49,292 nucleotides of DNA from a virus (lineage: Duplodnaviria; Heunggongvirae; Uroviricota; Caudoviricetes). The notes beneath the pieces are model-generated. The model saw nothing but the letters and a program-made list of their open reading frames with translations, made no database searches and had not been told where the DNA came from. Positions 47,047 to 49,292 of this stretch are shown here, piece by piece. The translations under genes and the position numbers were made by a program. Location: the IMG/VR virus record IMGVR_UViG_3300029288_004479; one strand, written 5' to 3'. How positions within the stretch are numbered: position 1 is the first letter of the stretch; the number at the start of each line of letters is the position of its first letter.

Positions 47047-47747
47047 TGGAGAATAAAGACGTAAGAAAGTTAATGCCATTATTATTGGTATTAACAATCT
47101 TAATTATCCCAACACAGGCAGCGGTAATTACCAATCCTGTAACGGTGAATTCCAGTACGTTCTGTGTAAAATTCTCGGGAACTACAAACGACGGAATCGG
47201 ATGGTTTGAATATGGAATCGATCATACAAACGATCCCTTCTCGATAGGGGGGTATAAATCATTTAAAACCCCGAACGTCACAACATCAGCAAACTATAAC
47301 CATACAATTTGTGGTATCCCGTTAATTCCCAATCAAACGTATGTAGTTCAAGCCGTGGGTTCAGATGGATCAATAATTGAATATGGGGATAATGAAACAT
47401 TTACCACGCCGGTTCAACAGCCGCATGTGACAACAACATATGCAGTATACACAGATGTATTCCTTGAAGATCTCCAAAACGACCCGGTAAAGATCATTAC
47501 TACCGATATTTGGATAGTGTATACTATAACAATCGGCGCAACAGTGTTCTATGGTATAATAATTGGAATGAGTATCTTAAACATGGTTACAAAACAACGT
47601 TCAATCGCAATGGCGGTACTGGTAGTTATGCTTTGCAGCGGAACGATTTGGGCATTGTTCCCACCAGAGTTCGTAATGTTTGCAGAAATATTACTGGTAT
47701 TGGGATTTATGGGAATATTTTATTGGTGGACAATACGGAGGAGATAA
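47046..47747 (+). CDS. Exported beta-sandwich protein with C-terminal TMs (233 aa); start moved to ATG 47046
   Basis: Signal peptide; WFEYG...L.PNQTY.VQA resembles a fibronectin-III-like fold; three C-terminal TMs. Confidence 0.8.
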   Translation: MENKDVRKLMPLLLVLTILIIPTQAAVITNPVTVNSSTFCVKFSGTTNDGIGWFEYGIDHTNDPFSIGGYKSFKTPNVTTSANYNHTICGIPLIPNQTYVVQAVGSDGSIIEYGDNETFTTPVQQPHVTTTYAVYTDVFLEDLQNDPVKIITTDIWIVYTITIGATVFYGIIIGMSILNMVTKQRSIAMAVLVVMLCSGTIWALFPPEFVMFAEILLVLGFMGIFYWWTIRRR

Positions 47748-47750
47748 AAA

Positions 47751-48125
47751 ATGCCGATACGAGCAAATCCATTCACATTATTTGTGGCGTTAGTAGGAAT
47801 AGCATTACTTTTATTGTTATCCCTATCATTTTTTGGGAATGATACAATAGAATCACCAGAAAGTTTATCAAGATGGGAAAATACATCAAATAGTTCAATT
47901 CCCGGAGATATTAATTGTACCTTCATGAATATCACAAGCAATCTGAATTGTACGTATGTTTTTATAGAGGGAGAAAATCCAAATTTAGAAGCGTTTAAAG
48001 AGGAAGGAGTAAAAAACCAGACAATGGTGATGAGACTTTGGGAAGGAGCATTATATGTAATTGTAGGTCTAATGCTACTCTACATGTTCTATTTCTTCTT
48101 TAAAAAGAAGCGGAACTGGTGGTAA
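47751..48125 (+). CDS. Two-TM glycoprotein, 124 aa
   Basis: TMs at both ends, N-X-S/T-rich loop and a KKKR stop-transfer motif. Confidence 0.75.
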   Translation: MPIRANPFTLFVALVGIALLLLLSLSFFGNDTIESPESLSRWENTSNSSIPGDINCTFMNITSNLNCTYVFIEGENPNLEAFKEEGVKNQTMVMRLWEGALYVIVGLMLLYMFYFFFKKKRNWW

Positions 48126-48130
48126 TTGAA

Positions 48131-48712
48131 ATGATAATGAAACCGCTTAATATACTACTACTATTTATTATAATACTTGCAGTTCTAGTGATCCCCGTCC
48201 AAGCATCAACCTTCACAAACATAAAATCAGATGTAGGAGAATCATGGATTAAAGTGAGTTGGAATAGTTCAGTCACCGCCCAAATCTATGTAGATGGTGC
48301 ATTAATAACGGATGAGTTAAGCGGTACAACAAGAGCAACAAATAATACAATTGGTTATTATTATCTCTCAAAATTAAGTTCGAATTCACAACATACAATC
48401 CAGTTAGTAAATGCTAGCAACACATCAGATTACAAGATAATAAGTACAAAAACACTTCCGCCAGCGTCAATAGTCCAGATTTTATTTATTATATCGATAC
48501 TTTTAAGTATCTTTTTATTATTTTTAGGTGACGATCCAATAAAAGTCATTCTCACCGGTGCATTGAATATTATTTTGTGTATGTTTGGGAGAACCATCTC
48601 ATATAATTACTATGGGATGGATTTATTGTTTTTAGGTATGTCATTCTTTTCAGGGATAATGATAGTATATGCAATTTATGAACTAGCACACGAAAGTCTG
48701 AATTGGTTCTAA
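48131..48712 (+). CDS. Exported FnIII-like domain plus C-terminal TMs
   Basis: Signal peptide; IKVSW...IYVDG...L..N..H.I pattern. ATG 48131 follows GGTGGT. Confidence 0.78.
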   Translation: MIMKPLNILLLFIIILAVLVIPVQASTFTNIKSDVGESWIKVSWNSSVTAQIYVDGALITDELSGTTRATNNTIGYYYLSKLSSNSQHTIQLVNASNTSDYKIISTKTLPPASIVQILFIISILLSIFLLFLGDDPIKVILTGALNIILCMFGRTISYNYYGMDLLFLGMSFFSGIMIVYAIYELAHESLNWF

Positions 48713-48848
48713 GATATTAACCTTTGGTATACCCATCGTCGTACTACCAAATCTTTTTTTATAATTTAATAAAATACATTTCGGTGAAAGGTTTATTAAT
48801 AAGGACGTTGTACAAGACTAATGTAATGTAAATGTATATATAATAGAT
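48709..48848 (+). repeat. Repeated intergenic promoter cassette, copy 2 (GAAAGG-TTTATTAA-N17-ACTAAT)
   Basis: Shares CTAAGATATTAACCTTTGGTAYACCYATCGWCGTA, TCGGTGAAAGGTTTAT and AGACTAATGTA...ATGTATATATA with 37928-38062. Confidence 0.85.
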
Positions 48849-48896
48849 CTATACTGATCCAGCAGTGTAGGTTATAAATATTTAGGTGGGGATGCG

Positions 48897-49292
48897 TTGA
48901 AGAGTGGGGAGGATCGCAGAGATATTAGAGGTATATTAATACTTCTGGCGCTCTTTTTAATTTTAATTACTTTAATAATAATACCGGTATCTGCAATAAC
49001 GTGGATACCTACAAATGGATGCTGGACAGCAATAAATGGTAATAATACATATATAATGTGGAATGCCACTGGCAACACGACGTGGAATATTCCTGCTGGT
49101 GTTACCACAGTAGAATATTTAGTGGTTGGAGGGGGAGGATCGGGAGGATACAGCGTCGGAGGTGGTGGCGGTGGGGGGGGGTTCCTTAATGGGACATCCC
49201 TTGAGGTATCTGGAACGGTTAATATTTCTGTAGGTGCAGGTGGGGCTTTACAAACGGTTGGAGGGTTGAAGTATAACGGTCAAAACTCGACA
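48897..49292 (+). CDS. Secreted glycine-rich-domain adhesin, 3'-truncated by the window edge (not in the ORF track)
   Basis: TTG start after RBS AGGTGGGG, then a signal peptide and TWNIPAGVTTVEYLVVGGGGSGG, matching the Gly-rich domains of the 2629-aa protein. Open to the window end. Confidence 0.85.
   Translation, partial: MKSGEDRRDIRGILILLALFLILITLIIIPVSAITWIPTNGCWTAINGNNTYIMWNATGNTTWNIPAGVTTVEYLVVGGGGSGGYSVGGGGGGGGFLNGTSLEVSGTVNISVGAGGALQTVGGLKYNGQNST

Noticed and set aside
1-49292. CRISPR array, rRNA, integrase, terminase/portal, reverse transcriptase (DGR)
   Set aside because: No regularly spaced repeat-spacer units or recognisable motifs were seen by eye. Absence from this window says nothing about the rest of the genome.

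Overview
This 49.3-kb AT-rich window reads as part of a large archaeal virus or provirus. Archaeal signs: TATA/BRE promoters, GGTGA/GGAGG ribosome-binding sites, a CCA-less tRNA and PKD surface proteins dense in N-X-S/T sites. A methanogen host (Methanomicrobiales-like) and a non-tailed, spindle- or filament-like virion are inferences. In order, the window holds: (1) the 3' part of an IS200/IS605 tnpB whose frame runs through a G10 tract into an ADP-ribosyltransferase-like gene; (2) an atypical tRNA with a TGC anticodon; (3) small membrane-protein paralogs, a PsbP-like lipoprotein and a Pth2; (4) a cluster of GT-C glycosyltransferases and acyltransferases; (5) a small, codon-optimised two-helix gene, the probable major capsid protein; (6) an HNH endonuclease and a ~210-nt structured RNA that copies the capsid-gene leader; (7) many membrane microproteins, a Zot-like ATPase and a 2605-aa protein with two nucleotidyltransferase-like modules; (8) a large block of PKD and glycine-rich adhesins. 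The best finding is a canonical bulge-helix-bulge (BHB) motif inside the capsid-like coding sequence. Cleavage at the standard tRNA-splicing-endonuclease positions removes exactly 51 nt (12658-12708) and rejoins a broken hydrophobic helix in frame, which predicts a tRNA-type intron in a viral mRNA. No CRISPR array, rRNA, integrase, terminase or replicase was recognised. All family assignments come from motif recognition by eye, with no database searches.
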